64,000 bases of DNA, taken from a virus. Below are positions 1 to 7,479 of the stretch, piece by piece. The stretch spans positions 1 to 64,000 of IMG/VR virus record IMGVR_UViG_3300025018_000004. One strand, written 5' to 3'. Within the stretch, counting starts at the first letter, position 1. Every line of letters begins with the position of its first letter. The translations under genes and the position numbers were made by a program. Below the pieces are notes generated by a model that had not been told where the DNA came from, made no database searches, and worked only from the letters and a program-made list of their open reading frames with translations.

Positions 1-410
1 CCCAACGCCCCGCTCATTTTATTAGTCCACACATAGCCCCCGCCCTGGATAACAACGCAATTGTATCCCCCGCCAATCCGACGAAAATACGTCACCGGCT
101 TGTCCTTGATGTCTGCCCACGTCAGGGACTTTTTTTCCAGCCGCTCGATGGCTTCACCAAGTTCTTTATGCTTCCGTTTCAGTTCGTCCAGATTTTCCAT
201 GTTGCTCTCCGTGATTAGATTGCCGTTAGGGTCACATTCGATGATGAGATTGCGAGGGGACTTATGCATAGCGCTAAACAGTCCATTGCTTGCATAGGTA
301 TGTAGAGTCCTGGCGCATTGATATTGATAATAGGATTGTCCAATTCGCCTCATTGGTCCTCTAATGACTGCCAAACCATCGATGTAATAACTTCCTTTTT
401 TGATTATCAT
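1..410 (-). CDS. hypothetical protein (C-terminus runs off the left edge)
   Basis: Absent from the ORF track because no stop lies in the window. My reverse-complement translation from ATG 410..408 reads MIIKKGSYYIDGLAVIRGPMRRIGQSYYQYQCARTLHTYASNGLFSAMHKSPRNLIIECDPNGNLITESNMENLDELKRKHKELGEAIERLEKK... with no stop down to nt 1. Confidence 0.6.
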   Translation of the reverse strand, partial: MIIKKGSYYIDGLAVIRGPMRRIGQSYYQYQCARTLHTYASNGLFSAMHKSPRNLIIECDPNGNLITESNMENLDELKRKHKELGEAIERLEKKSLTWADIKDKPVTYFRRIGGGYNCVVIQGGGYVWTNKMSGAL

Positions 411-427
411 GATTTTGTTTCAGTTGA

Positions 428-477
428 TTGAACTATTAGACTTTTCCTAATAGTTGAACTATCCGGTACTTCCGGAA
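428..477. promoter_or_regulatory. intergenic repeat cluster (9-bp inverted repeat, 9-bp direct repeat, 8-bp palindrome)
   Basis: Read directly. AACTATTAG 431-439 pairs with CTAATAGTT 447-455 (7-nt spacer). TTGAACTAT occurs at 428-436 and 454-462. TTCCGGAA lies at 470-477. The cluster sits between the HD gene stop (502) and the next minus-strand start (410). Confidence 0.4.
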
Positions 478-501
478 AGTTGAGCCTGAGTGGTTTTGTA
501 A

Positions 502-1014
502 TCAGACATAAAGAAGCTCGTTGAAGCGGTTCATAAAAACATTATATGCTTCCAATGGAGAATAGCATCGGATATTTACCCTTGGATGATCTTCTCCTTT
601 GCTCCACTCAGAGGGCTGCATCAAAAGTCTGGCCTCGATCTTGCACAGCTCTTTGTCCGCCAGATGTGTCTCTTTTGATTTCTGTAACGGAAGCTCAAAC
701 TTTTTTCTAACTACGGTTTCAAGTTTGTTTTCAATCTGCCTGTAATCAGGCAAGAGCGCTTTCAGCGGACTGGGGATATCTCCAACATACGCTTCTTGCG
801 CATCGTGTAAGAGAGCGTCCAGGGCATGAGAAGGGCTCACCATGAGGCTGCACCAGTATGAATGCTCTGCAACACTGTAGAACGACACTGTATGACCACC
901 AAAGCGACAGGTATTACTCAATGCATGAGCAATATCGTGAATGTTTATGCTCTCTGGTGTCGGGCATAGAAAATCAAGAAAGTTGCCGCTTTCAGTTTGA
1001 ATGGATGTGCTCAT
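502..1014 (-). CDS. HD-domain phosphohydrolase, YfbR-like 5'-deoxynucleotidase
   Basis: ORF track 502..1113, trimmed to ATG 1014..1012 (MSTSIQTESG...) because the extension overlaps a terminator hairpin. Motifs HDIAHALSNTCRFGGH, SVAEHS and LLHDAQEAYVGDIPSPLK fit the HD / YfbR pattern (H..HD..E..GD.P.P.K). Confidence 0.8.
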   Translation of the reverse strand: MSTSIQTESGNFLDFLCPTPESINIHDIAHALSNTCRFGGHTVSFYSVAEHSYWCSLMVSPSHALDALLHDAQEAYVGDIPSPLKALLPDYRQIENKLETVVRKKFELPLQKSKETHLADKELCKIEARLLMQPSEWSKGEDHPRVNIRCYSPLEAYNVFMNRFNELLYV

Positions 1015-1050
1015 GGTTGTTTTGAATTTGAGTGGTGGCTTGATTAGATG

Positions 1051-1089
1051 AAATAAAGAAGGCCCTGAAGTGGCAGCTCCAGGACCTTC
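1051..1089 (-). terminator. rho-independent terminator candidate after the tRNA/HNH cluster
   Basis: On the minus strand, GAAGGTCCTG (1089..1080) pairs with CAGGGCCTTC (1067..1058) as a 10-bp stem with one G-U and a 12-nt loop. It is followed by TTTATTT (1057..1051). Confidence 0.6.
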
Positions 1090-1133
1090 GTATATAACCC
1101 TCACTTCTGCCAAAGCTGTTCAAGGAGGGCTTG

Positions 1134-1169
1134 CAGTCTCAATAGGATTCGAACCTATGACCTGCGGGG
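1134..1169 (-). pseudogene. 3' fragment of a bisected tRNA (anticodon-stem 3' strand, variable loop, T-arm, acceptor 3' strand)
   Basis: The minus strand reads CCCCGC AGGTC ATAGG TTCGAAT CCTAT TGAGACT G. The T-loop is canonical. TGAGACT is the exact complement of AGTCTCA at 1728..1722. Confidence 0.55.
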
Positions 1170-1561
1170 TAGGTGAGTTGTAGCCTTCTTTGATACTTGC
1201 CGTTGCAAGACCTAGAACAGAATGTCTTATCTGTTGGTTTTACCAGGTGTGTTTGCCTTCTTTCTCTAGTAAAAGAGATCTTGCAATTGGGACATATTAA
1301 AGTTGCTAAAGTTCTACCTATAGATGCGTGCAATCTAGCATGATCCTGTTTGGTCATAATCTGAAGATTTTCACACCGATTATCGTGTTTGTCTTCATTG
1401 ATATGGTGTACCACTTCATTACAAGATAGTATTCGACCAATAGCATTTTCTGCTATGACTCTATGTTTTAAAACGTATCCGTGCTTATTAGCATTTGGAT
1501 GATCTGGAACTACGGCATATAAATAGTCACCCTTCTTGACAATCCTCTTTATCTTCCACAT
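1139..1561 (-). CDS. HNH homing endonuclease
   Basis: 140-aa ORF with an ATG start preceded by AAGGA. It carries the HNH core HHINEDKHDNRCENLQIMTKQDHARLH plus CPNC...CSRSC. Its last 12 codons (LTYPAGHRFESY) and TGA stop are encoded by the tRNA 3' fragment. Confidence 0.85.
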   Translation of the reverse strand: MWKIKRIVKKGDYLYAVVPDHPNANKHGYVLKHRVIAENAIGRILSCNEVVHHINEDKHDNRCENLQIMTKQDHARLHASIGRTLATLICPNCKISFTRERRQTHLVKPTDKTFCSRSCNGKYQRRLQLTYPAGHRFESY

Positions 1562-1688
1562 AATATTATCCTTTTATGCCCTAGTACCCCGTCAAGGAAT
1601 CGAACCCTGATTACGGGAGTAGAATTCCCGTGCCTTATCCAATTAGACGAACGAGGTATTTGGATAATATAAAGAAGATAGAGAAGAT
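1170..1688 (-). mobile_element. 519-bp insertion splitting a tRNA gene (carries tRNA-Arg and most of the HNH ORF)
   Basis: This is the interval between the two tRNA fragments, which have perfectly complementary acceptor strands. It contains a homing-endonuclease ORF. No flanking direct repeats were seen. Confidence 0.4.
1585..1657 (-). tRNA. tRNA-Arg (anticodon TCT)
   Basis: Hand-folded cloverleaf. Acceptor ACCTCGT/ACGGGGT (7 bp, one G-U). D-arm GTCT-AATTGGATA-AGGC. Anticodon arm CGGGA-ATTCTAC-TCCCG (U33, TCT, A37). Variable loop TAAT. T-arm CAGGG-TTCGATT-CCTTG. Discriminator A. Total 73 nt. Confidence 0.85.
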
Positions 1689-1728
1689 TTGCAAGCACCG
1701 CTGCTCTATCCAGCTGAGCTATGAGACT
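1689..1728 (-). pseudogene. 5' fragment of a bisected tRNA (acceptor 5' strand, D-arm, anticodon-stem 5' strand and a CTTGCAA loop)
   Basis: The minus strand reads AGTCTCA TA GCTC AGCTGGATA GAGC A GCGGTG CTTGCAA and then loses all tRNA character. No T-arm follows before tRNA-Arg. Confidence 0.55.
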
Positions 1729-1761
1729 GTTATTGAGTTGTCAAGGAATGCTTGACATCTG

Positions 1762-2125
1762 TGGACCTGGCGAGAGTCGAACTCGCGTCCAGATGTTGTT
1801 CAGTCAGAACTGACTACCATCCATTGATTAAGGTTCAATGGTAACCGAGGGACCGACCTAAGTCGACATCTCCACCACCTCATTCTTTAACGCGAGAATG
1901 AGGAAAAACGTCCTGTCTTTCCAGGCGTCGACGGATAATTGACACCAGCTGATCCCCTATCCGCGTCAGGGGCTGATGACTTCAGGCCGCTACCTTCTGG
2001 CTGCGGACGAAAGCGAGTGCATAATCGTTAGCACTTGTGGTTTCAACAGTTATTTTATAGGAGTCTGTTGACTCTCCCAGGTAGTGTTCATTCCGTTCTT
2101 CACCTGTCGAAACCGTGACAGGCCC
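1762..2125 (-). ncRNA. ssrA: tmRNA (SsrA), one-piece, about 364 nt
   Basis: 5' end GGGCCTGTCACGGTTTCGACAGGTG and 3' end GGACGCGAGTTCGACTCTCGCCAGGTCCA mirror, as I recall them, E. coli GGGGCUGAUUCUGGAUUCGACGGG and GGACGCGGGUUCAACUCCCGCCAGCUCCACCA. The acceptor GGGCCTG/CAGGTCC contains G3-U70. The internal tag ORF GCT AAC GAT TAT GCA CTC GCT TTC GTC CGC AGC CAG AAG GTA GCG GCC TGA encodes ANDYALAFVRSQKVAA*. Confidence 0.85.
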
Positions 2126-2129
2126 CACT

Positions 2130-2147
2130 CCTGGTCCGAAGACCAGG
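2130..2147 (-). other. stable hairpin with UUCG tetraloop immediately 5' of the tmRNA
   Basis: The minus strand reads CCTGGTC TTCG GACCAGG (7-bp perfect stem). It ends 4 nt upstream of the tmRNA 5' end and has no U-run, so it is more likely a processing or stability element than a terminator. Confidence 0.5.
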
Positions 2148-2154
2148 GTGTATT

Positions 2155-2373
2155 CTATGAATCTAGAGAATCAGCAAGTACGATGCTATTAAGCAAGAAG
2201 AGAGGACTCTTGTCTTGCGTTTCACATCTAAGATCACTGACTTTCACAGAGTCATAGGGTGCTAATACAAGCACTGTTGGCTGAGACGCCTCATCCGTGT
2301 CTAATTCAACTGTAAGGAGCAAGAGAAAAAGAATGATCACTAAAGCAATCACCCCAAAGAAAAGATTTTTCAT
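2155..2373 (-). CDS. small membrane/secreted protein (72 aa)
   Basis: ORF track 2155..2421, trimmed to ATG 2373 (MKNLFFGVIALVIILFLLLLTV..., a hydrophobic N-terminus) with GAGAG upstream. The longer version overlaps the upstream gene. Confidence 0.45.
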   Translation of the reverse strand: MKNLFFGVIALVIILFLLLLTVELDTDEASQPTVLVLAPYDSVKVSDLRCETQDKSPLFLLNSIVLADSLDS

Positions 2374-2381
2374 TATCTCTC

Positions 2382-3011
2382 TCACATGCCACAGTAAAAG
2401 ACAGCGACACAAAGAGGACAATCATCATCATCTGTATCTTCATTTGCTGGCGCGAAGCTCATACCAACATATGCTCCATTATTACCACAGCAATTATTTC
2501 CTCGACATTCAATTGTTGGCGCTTTGCTGTAACTGGCTGGTGCATTGATCTGATTGAACGTAAACTGTGATCGCGTAAACACGTCTTCCGTAATAGTTGG
2601 GATAACAGAGTCATACCAAGCTATTCGAGGACCTGCTACAGAGCGTTCCACATATGTCTCGCCATTGATTGAAATCGAATAGTCTGTGCCGTAATTGTAT
2701 TTTTCTGCGTTCACTCGATGGATGAAGTCCATCACATATGCTCCAACAGAAATACTTTCGGCTGGTCCAGTGACGCTGTATACAAATGGCTCATCCTGAC
2801 TCTTGAAAACAAAATCCAATGTTGCCGTTGATCCAGCCTTCAAATGGAACCGCATTGGATCCTGAACAGCGGCACCTGGATTGTTTGCAAGAAACTCCGC
2901 CATTTCTGGGGTAGTAGGAACAAGTGGATCTTGTCCCATATCACTGTCACAGCCAGTGAAGATGAAGAGGGCTATCAGAAAGAAAGCCATCATAGAAAAG
3001 GAACGTCTCAT
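2382..3011 (-). CDS. putative lipoprotein, Cys-rich C-terminus
   Basis: ORF track 2382..3059, trimmed to ATG 3011. MRRSFSMMAFFLIALFIFTGC is a signal peptide with a lipobox-like FTGC. The C-terminus is Cys-rich (CRGNNCCGNN...CPLCVAVFYC). Confidence 0.6.
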   Translation of the reverse strand: MRRSFSMMAFFLIALFIFTGCDSDMGQDPLVPTTPEMAEFLANNPGAAVQDPMRFHLKAGSTATLDFVFKSQDEPFVYSVTGPAESISVGAYVMDFIHRVNAEKYNYGTDYSISINGETYVERSVAGPRIAWYDSVIPTITEDVFTRSQFTFNQINAPASYSKAPTIECRGNNCCGNNGAYVGMSFAPANEDTDDDDCPLCVAVFYCGM

Positions 3012-3076
3012 AGAAATAGTTCTCAGTTTGTTGAAAGAGTGAGTTTCAGACACATACAAAATGTGTACCTATCTGA

Positions 3077-3451
3077 TTAATCAGCGAGAAGGGCCTCGAG
3101 TTCCGAGATAGACAAATCTCCGAGCTCTTCATCTTTCTTCTTCTGAATGAGTTCAGCAATGCGCTGATTCTTCTGACGGGTCTCGGCAGCGGCGGCAGCG
3201 CGATCACGATACATGACCTTGGTCTGAAGAACGTCAAGCGCGACCTCAAAGGCAAGCTTGGCGTCCTTGTTGTCTTCTGTGGTTTCCGTGAGGAAAGACT
3301 TGGAAGAAGACTTTTCTACATTCTGCTCGAGTTTCACTGCCAGCGCATCCAGGTCCTTGAGATCAAGATCCCAGAGTTGTTCGACAGTGAGAACCCCGTA
3401 AGGAGAGGTAAAACGAAGCTTCTTGCGAGAAGCTGCTTTGTAAATATCCAT
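3077..3451 (-). CDS. hypothetical protein (124 aa, acidic, helical C-terminus)
   Basis: ORF track, ATG start, 10-nt gap to the upstream gene. No recognisable motif. Confidence 0.7.
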   Translation of the reverse strand: MDIYKAASRKKLRFTSPYGVLTVEQLWDLDLKDLDALAVKLEQNVEKSSSKSFLTETTEDNKDAKLAFEVALDVLQTKVMYRDRAAAAAETRQKNQRIAELIQKKKDEELGDLSISELEALLAD

Positions 3452-3461
3452 GGTATTGGTG

Positions 3462-5603
3462 TCAGATTTTGAGTCGGATGACTCGTTTGTGTGAGCCCTT
3501 GAGGCGAAGAATTACTTCATCGCGTACAGTGGCATTAAATCCCAGTCCAGATAGCTGGTCACCATCAGGACTGATCATCGTTGTGGATCCCAGAACCTCG
3601 AGCACCTTACGATGCTTGGCCAGCTCTGGAAGTAGATTCTCAGCATGGAATCCTCGAATGGGTGTAGAAGCTTTACAGTCCTTCAGGAACATAAAGTAAT
3701 GCTTGTTGCCCACATTATTGGATCCCCAATGATTTGGAGAAGTGCAGATCAAGTTGACTTGATGGAATCGATTTGTCTCGAGACCATAGACTTCTTGAGA
3801 AGACATCTCTGATTCAGGCAGGACATGCTTGATTGAGAATTGACCATCTTTCAAAGTCACCACAGCAACATCAACGTCTCCATCAAAATAGGACGGGTAC
3901 TCATATAGGTATGTGTTACCATCAAATTCGATTTCGACCTTGAATCCGTTGTGGTCACCATGATTGAAATTGCGGACATGGAATCTGTAATCTCCCTCAT
4001 ACATCCTCTCCCTGTTCTGCCATGTGATGTTTTCCACACCCAGCCCACGAGGATTGATCATATCCACATCAAGTCTGCCGTTTAAATCGTTCTTGTTGTT
4101 GAAGTAGATATGACCGTTGTTATGTCTACAATGAGCATCAAGGTCTACGATTGACTTTCCGTCCTCATTCCAGATGAGGGAGAAGCGCAAATCTCCTGTG
4201 ACGTTTCCTCCTTCTCTCTTGACAGCCTCTTTGATCTCTGACTTTCCAGCCAGATTACCATTGAATGTCCAGGAGTAAGGATTGTCCCACTTGAAGATCT
4301 GCTTTGATCCTTCATCAGCTGTCGTCAGGGTCACAAAATGACCTTGATGCTGATTGGTCACAAATGCTTCAACAGATGTGCAGCCAGGCAAGATGTCCTT
4401 CATGAATTTATCAATGCTGACTTCTTCAACTCCCCCAAATTCACTCCTCTTGTGACGAGTTGAGGGGGCCTTGACAGAATCAAAGATTGAGACATTCTTG
4501 ATCTCACCGTTTCCAGTATTGATGTGTCGAATTTCTGAGACTTTGATGTCATCCATTTTGGCTAGACGTCTCTTGAAGGAGTCAGAATAGCCGTTCTCAT
4601 CGCAGAACTCAGCAGCATGCTGAATCATGAGCTTGGTGATGGGAGACTTCGCCTTCATGTAATTGGCTGGATCCACTCGGATATTCCAGTCTTTACATGC
4701 AGCATTGAGATCTTTTCCCTCGGCCAGCTCAGTACACAGAACTCCAATGAGTTCGTTCTTGAACTTTGGGAATCGAACAATAGGAGTGGCCATCCAGCAC
4801 CACAACTCTCTCTCACCTGCGACTATCTCATCGTACTCCTTTTTTACAGAAATCATATTCTGTACTTTGTGTAGATGAGTATCCCCATTGAGCAGAGAGC
4901 CCTGAACGATGAGATCCTGTACCAACTCAAGGGTATCGAGAGGGATCTCTTCCATGGCTCTCTGAAAGACGTTCTTATCATCACGGAAATCTCCCATGAG
5001 CGCTTCAACAGAACGCCCACTGAAATCAATAAAGCCGCGATCAATGAGCGCATGCATGTGATTGAAAGTACGAATCTCTCCGGGTTGAACCACACCAAAC
5101 TTCTGCGCTTCCTCCTCGGTGTACCGTTTGACGTTTGATGCTATGCCAAGTTGGAAGATGGGCATTGGCCTTTTCACAGACTCATACGGGAGTTTGTTGA
5201 GCTCATCAAAGGTCTCGACAAACTTGTCCTGGATCGGAGCATTTCTCAGTGCCTGTGAAAGCGCCAGTGCGGACTGTCTCATTTCATCGTCTGCTTCGAA
5301 ATCAAACATGGTCATGATTTCGAGATCATCAGAGATGGCGACGATATTTCCATATCGACGGATGAAGTTGTTGCAATTGTTGCAATTGTGAACAGAGCTT
5401 TCAGGATCTCGGAAGACCGGGTTGTTGTCATCTTCGAATGATTCGAGATAGAGCTCCCACAATTCTCTGCCTGTGAGCGAAGATCTGAACAGGATGCCTG
5501 TTTGTTGCATCTTGACAAATTGCTCTTGCAGTTGAGCGGAAAAGGTGGTCATGGCAGTGGTTGGTTTTTGGTTTTCGTCGTTGCTCCATGCGTCTGAAGC
5601 CAT
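3462..5603 (-). CDS. large early protein of unknown function (713 aa)
   Basis: Longest minus-strand ORF, with ATG at 5603 and an alternative ATG at 5552 that forms an ATGA overlap with the upstream ORF. It has an HNCNNCNNF motif near the N-terminus and a beta-rich segment, LRFSLIWN..VDLDAHC..IYFNN..LDVDM..VENITW..GFKVEIEFDG, that loosely recalls TerD-type folds. Confidence 0.85.
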   Translation of the reverse strand: MASDAWSNDENQKPTTAMTTFSAQLQEQFVKMQQTGILFRSSLTGRELWELYLESFEDDNNPVFRDPESSVHNCNNCNNFIRRYGNIVAISDDLEIMTMFDFEADDEMRQSALALSQALRNAPIQDKFVETFDELNKLPYESVKRPMPIFQLGIASNVKRYTEEEAQKFGVVQPGEIRTFNHMHALIDRGFIDFSGRSVEALMGDFRDDKNVFQRAMEEIPLDTLELVQDLIVQGSLLNGDTHLHKVQNMISVKKEYDEIVAGERELWCWMATPIVRFPKFKNELIGVLCTELAEGKDLNAACKDWNIRVDPANYMKAKSPITKLMIQHAAEFCDENGYSDSFKRRLAKMDDIKVSEIRHINTGNGEIKNVSIFDSVKAPSTRHKRSEFGGVEEVSIDKFMKDILPGCTSVEAFVTNQHQGHFVTLTTADEGSKQIFKWDNPYSWTFNGNLAGKSEIKEAVKREGGNVTGDLRFSLIWNEDGKSIVDLDAHCRHNNGHIYFNNKNDLNGRLDVDMINPRGLGVENITWQNRERMYEGDYRFHVRNFNHGDHNGFKVEIEFDGNTYLYEYPSYFDGDVDVAVVTLKDGQFSIKHVLPESEMSSQEVYGLETNRFHQVNLICTSPNHWGSNNVGNKHYFMFLKDCKASTPIRGFHAENLLPELAKHRKVLEVLGSTTMISPDGDQLSGLGFNATVRDEVILRLKGSHKRVIRLKI

Positions 5604-5752
5604 TTTTCAGGATCTTTCTTCATATCATAGTAGAAATCCCACTGTGGCAGAGTACTTGCTTTGATCTTGCGTGCAGGTACGGGCGAGGCATACCTGTTGG
5701 TTGTCGGGCTTTTTGCCTTCAGTCCAGATACCTGGGGTGAAACGAATCTCAT
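5549..5752 (-). CDS. hypothetical small protein (67 aa)
   Basis: ATG start. Its TGA stop forms an ATGA overlap with the internal ATG 5552 of the 713-aa ORF, and its start forms an ATGA overlap with the stop of the ORF ending at 5749. Whether it is coding is uncertain. Confidence 0.35.
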   Translation of the reverse strand: MRFVSPQVSGLKAKSPTTNRYASPVPARKIKASTLPQWDFYYDMKKDPEKWLQTHGATTKTKNQPLP

Positions 5753-6175
5753 GGTAGTGTGTTGATTAAATGGACAAACTTGACGGGATAACCGTCAATA
5801 TGGTGACTAACCAGACAATCTTGGCATAATGATTGTCTGATATGATGATACATAGCGATATTAGGGCTGATGCAATGGGCATCCCACCGACTTCCGTCGT
5901 AAATGACTGGTTGGATCAGGCAAAGAGGTCTTGATATCGGAGCTTGTGGTTTGTATTTCCCAGTTTCAGTCCCCCGCCACAAGTATGTGCCTGTTACTCG
6001 CTACCCAGCGTGAAAACGGCGGTGTCAAGAGATGGCTAAAGCCCCATCGATAGCCCGCACGGCAACAAAACTGGGTAGGGGGGAACGACCATCCCGTCCG
6101 ACCGTCCGCTCTCCCCCTCCTCATTGAATTGATGACCACGGAGACCAGCTTTCAACACTGGTCCCCGATGATCAT

Positions 6176-6385
6176 CTACCACATGACAGGAGGGACAACA
6201 AGAGATACATCAGACTGCCCAGATATGTAGACATGATATGTCTTGCATTCTGTACACTGAAGATGTGTTGACATCCCTTGCACAGGTCCAACATTAAACG
6301 AAGTACCCTTACAGCGGTGGCATGAGATATGTCGACGTGTAATCCATATCCAGACACGTCGTATCCAAACAACGTAGTCATTCAT
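6176..6385 (-). CDS. zinc-ribbon miniprotein (69 aa)
   Basis: ATG 6385 forms an ATGA overlap with the stop of the upstream 56-aa ORF. CHRC...CTEC supplies two CxxC pairs. Confidence 0.5.
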   Translation of the reverse strand: MNDYVVWIRRVWIWITRRHISCHRCKGTSFNVGPVQGMSTHLQCTECKTYHVYISGQSDVSLVVPPVMW

Positions 6386-6552
6386 GATTTAGTCCTCTTC
6401 GTCTTTTGACGTCGATGGGCCTTGTAGCATGAAGCGCGACAATATTTCTGCTCAGGATCAGGTCCCAATTTGAATCTTGTGCGACAATCTGGATTGTAAC
6501 AGTATCGATACCTCTCTGTCTTCAGGAGCTTTTGGATTTCATCATCAGTCAT
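6382..6552 (-). CDS. zinc-ribbon-like miniprotein (56 aa, below the ORF-track cutoff)
   Basis: My translation is MTDDEIQKLLKTERYRYCYNPDCRTRFKLGPDPEQKYCRASCYKAHRRQKTKRTKS*. GAGGAA lies 8 nt upstream of the ATG. It has CxxxC...CxxxC and a basic tail. Confidence 0.5.
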   Translation of the reverse strand: MTDDEIQKLLKTERYRYCYNPDCRTRFKLGPDPEQKYCRASCYKAHRRQKTKRTKS

Positions 6553-6727
6553 TGAGAATTCCTCATGCTATACAACAATCCTTCATGGACTGTTTAGTCA
6601 GAGGTCTCAAACTGTTATGAAATCTACTCGTTCCTGAATAGCTTATTGCCATCGAAGGGATATGTCCGCTTTTTGGCATCGGATGAACGCCAGGTGGGTA
6701 CATATCCCTTGATGACAATTGGTGTGG

Positions 6728-7027
6728 TTACCTTCTTCCACCAAAGAGCATTGCAGCCACATATGCCCACATGCGAGGCAAGAACCCACGATTCCTGCTT
6801 TCCTTTGCAGCAATCGAGTATGGGTTCGGTGACCGCTTCTCTTTCTTGGGTTTCGTGGAGAAGTTTTCAGCCATTCTGGACAAGAACGACAGCTTACGCC
6901 GCTTCTTAGTCTGTCTGGCCATTGCTTTCAGCTCCCACATATCATAATACGGAGCGCTCTCCTTCTTGGAGAATACAGTCCATGGGTTGACGCCTGCAGC
7001 TCGCAGAGTTCGATGTTGTCTTGACAT
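6728..7027 (-). CDS. hypothetical basic protein (99 aa)
   Basis: ORF track, ATG start, Lys/Arg-rich. No motif recognised. Confidence 0.45.
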   Translation of the reverse strand: MSRQHRTLRAAGVNPWTVFSKKESAPYYDMWELKAMARQTKKRRKLSFLSRMAENFSTKPKKEKRSPNPYSIAAKESRNRGFLPRMWAYVAAMLFGGRR

Positions 7028-7252
7028 GATGTCCTCGTGGTTTTGGACGATGGTGGTTAAATGGATCCCTCTTTATACTTGGCACGGTCACGGACAATAC
7101 CCTCAAGATCACTGTCACTGACCTTGACATCTCCTATCGCAACACAGTGTTCATAGTGTTGGTTTTTGAATGAGTGGCTAGCTTAACCTGCGTTTTTGTA
7201 AACCACCACTAGGGTAGCAGGACGTTCTCAGGTAGCCGTCGCAGGAGGAGTA

Positions 7253-7468
7253 TCAAACTACCAAGTCATCAGGATACTTCGTTGTGAGAGATCGATAATC
7301 GTCTCCAGCAGTCTCTCCACACTTGGGACAAACTATATTTGGAATGACGTTATCATGAAAGTTGCGATCATCATAACCATAGGCTTCATGAGTGTGACCA
7401 CAATGCTCACATTCATAAATGGCTTGGAAGTCGCGGCGAGTCTGAGAAAGGATCTTTTTGATATGCAT
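7253..7468 (-). CDS. zinc-ribbon protein (71 aa)
   Basis: CEHC...(26 aa)...CPKC supplies two CxxC pairs. ATG start. Confidence 0.7.
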   Translation of the reverse strand: MHIKKILSQTRRDFQAIYECEHCGHTHEAYGYDDRNFHDNVIPNIVCPKCGETAGDDYRSLTTKYPDDLVV

Positions 7469-7479
7469 GATGCACCTGC

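Noticed and set aside
61-297. 78-aa plus-strand ORF at the left edge (TTG start)
   Set aside because: It lies antisense within the longer uninterrupted minus-strand ORF 1..410, which has an ATG start and protein-like composition.
1170-1688. The insertion in the split tRNA as a self-splicing group I intron
   Set aside because: No placement of the junctions leaves a G as the last intron nucleotide (the insert ends ...CACCTA before CCCCGC). After subtracting an intact tRNA-Arg and the HNH ORF, too little sequence remains for a ribozyme core. This is not fully excluded without a covariance search.
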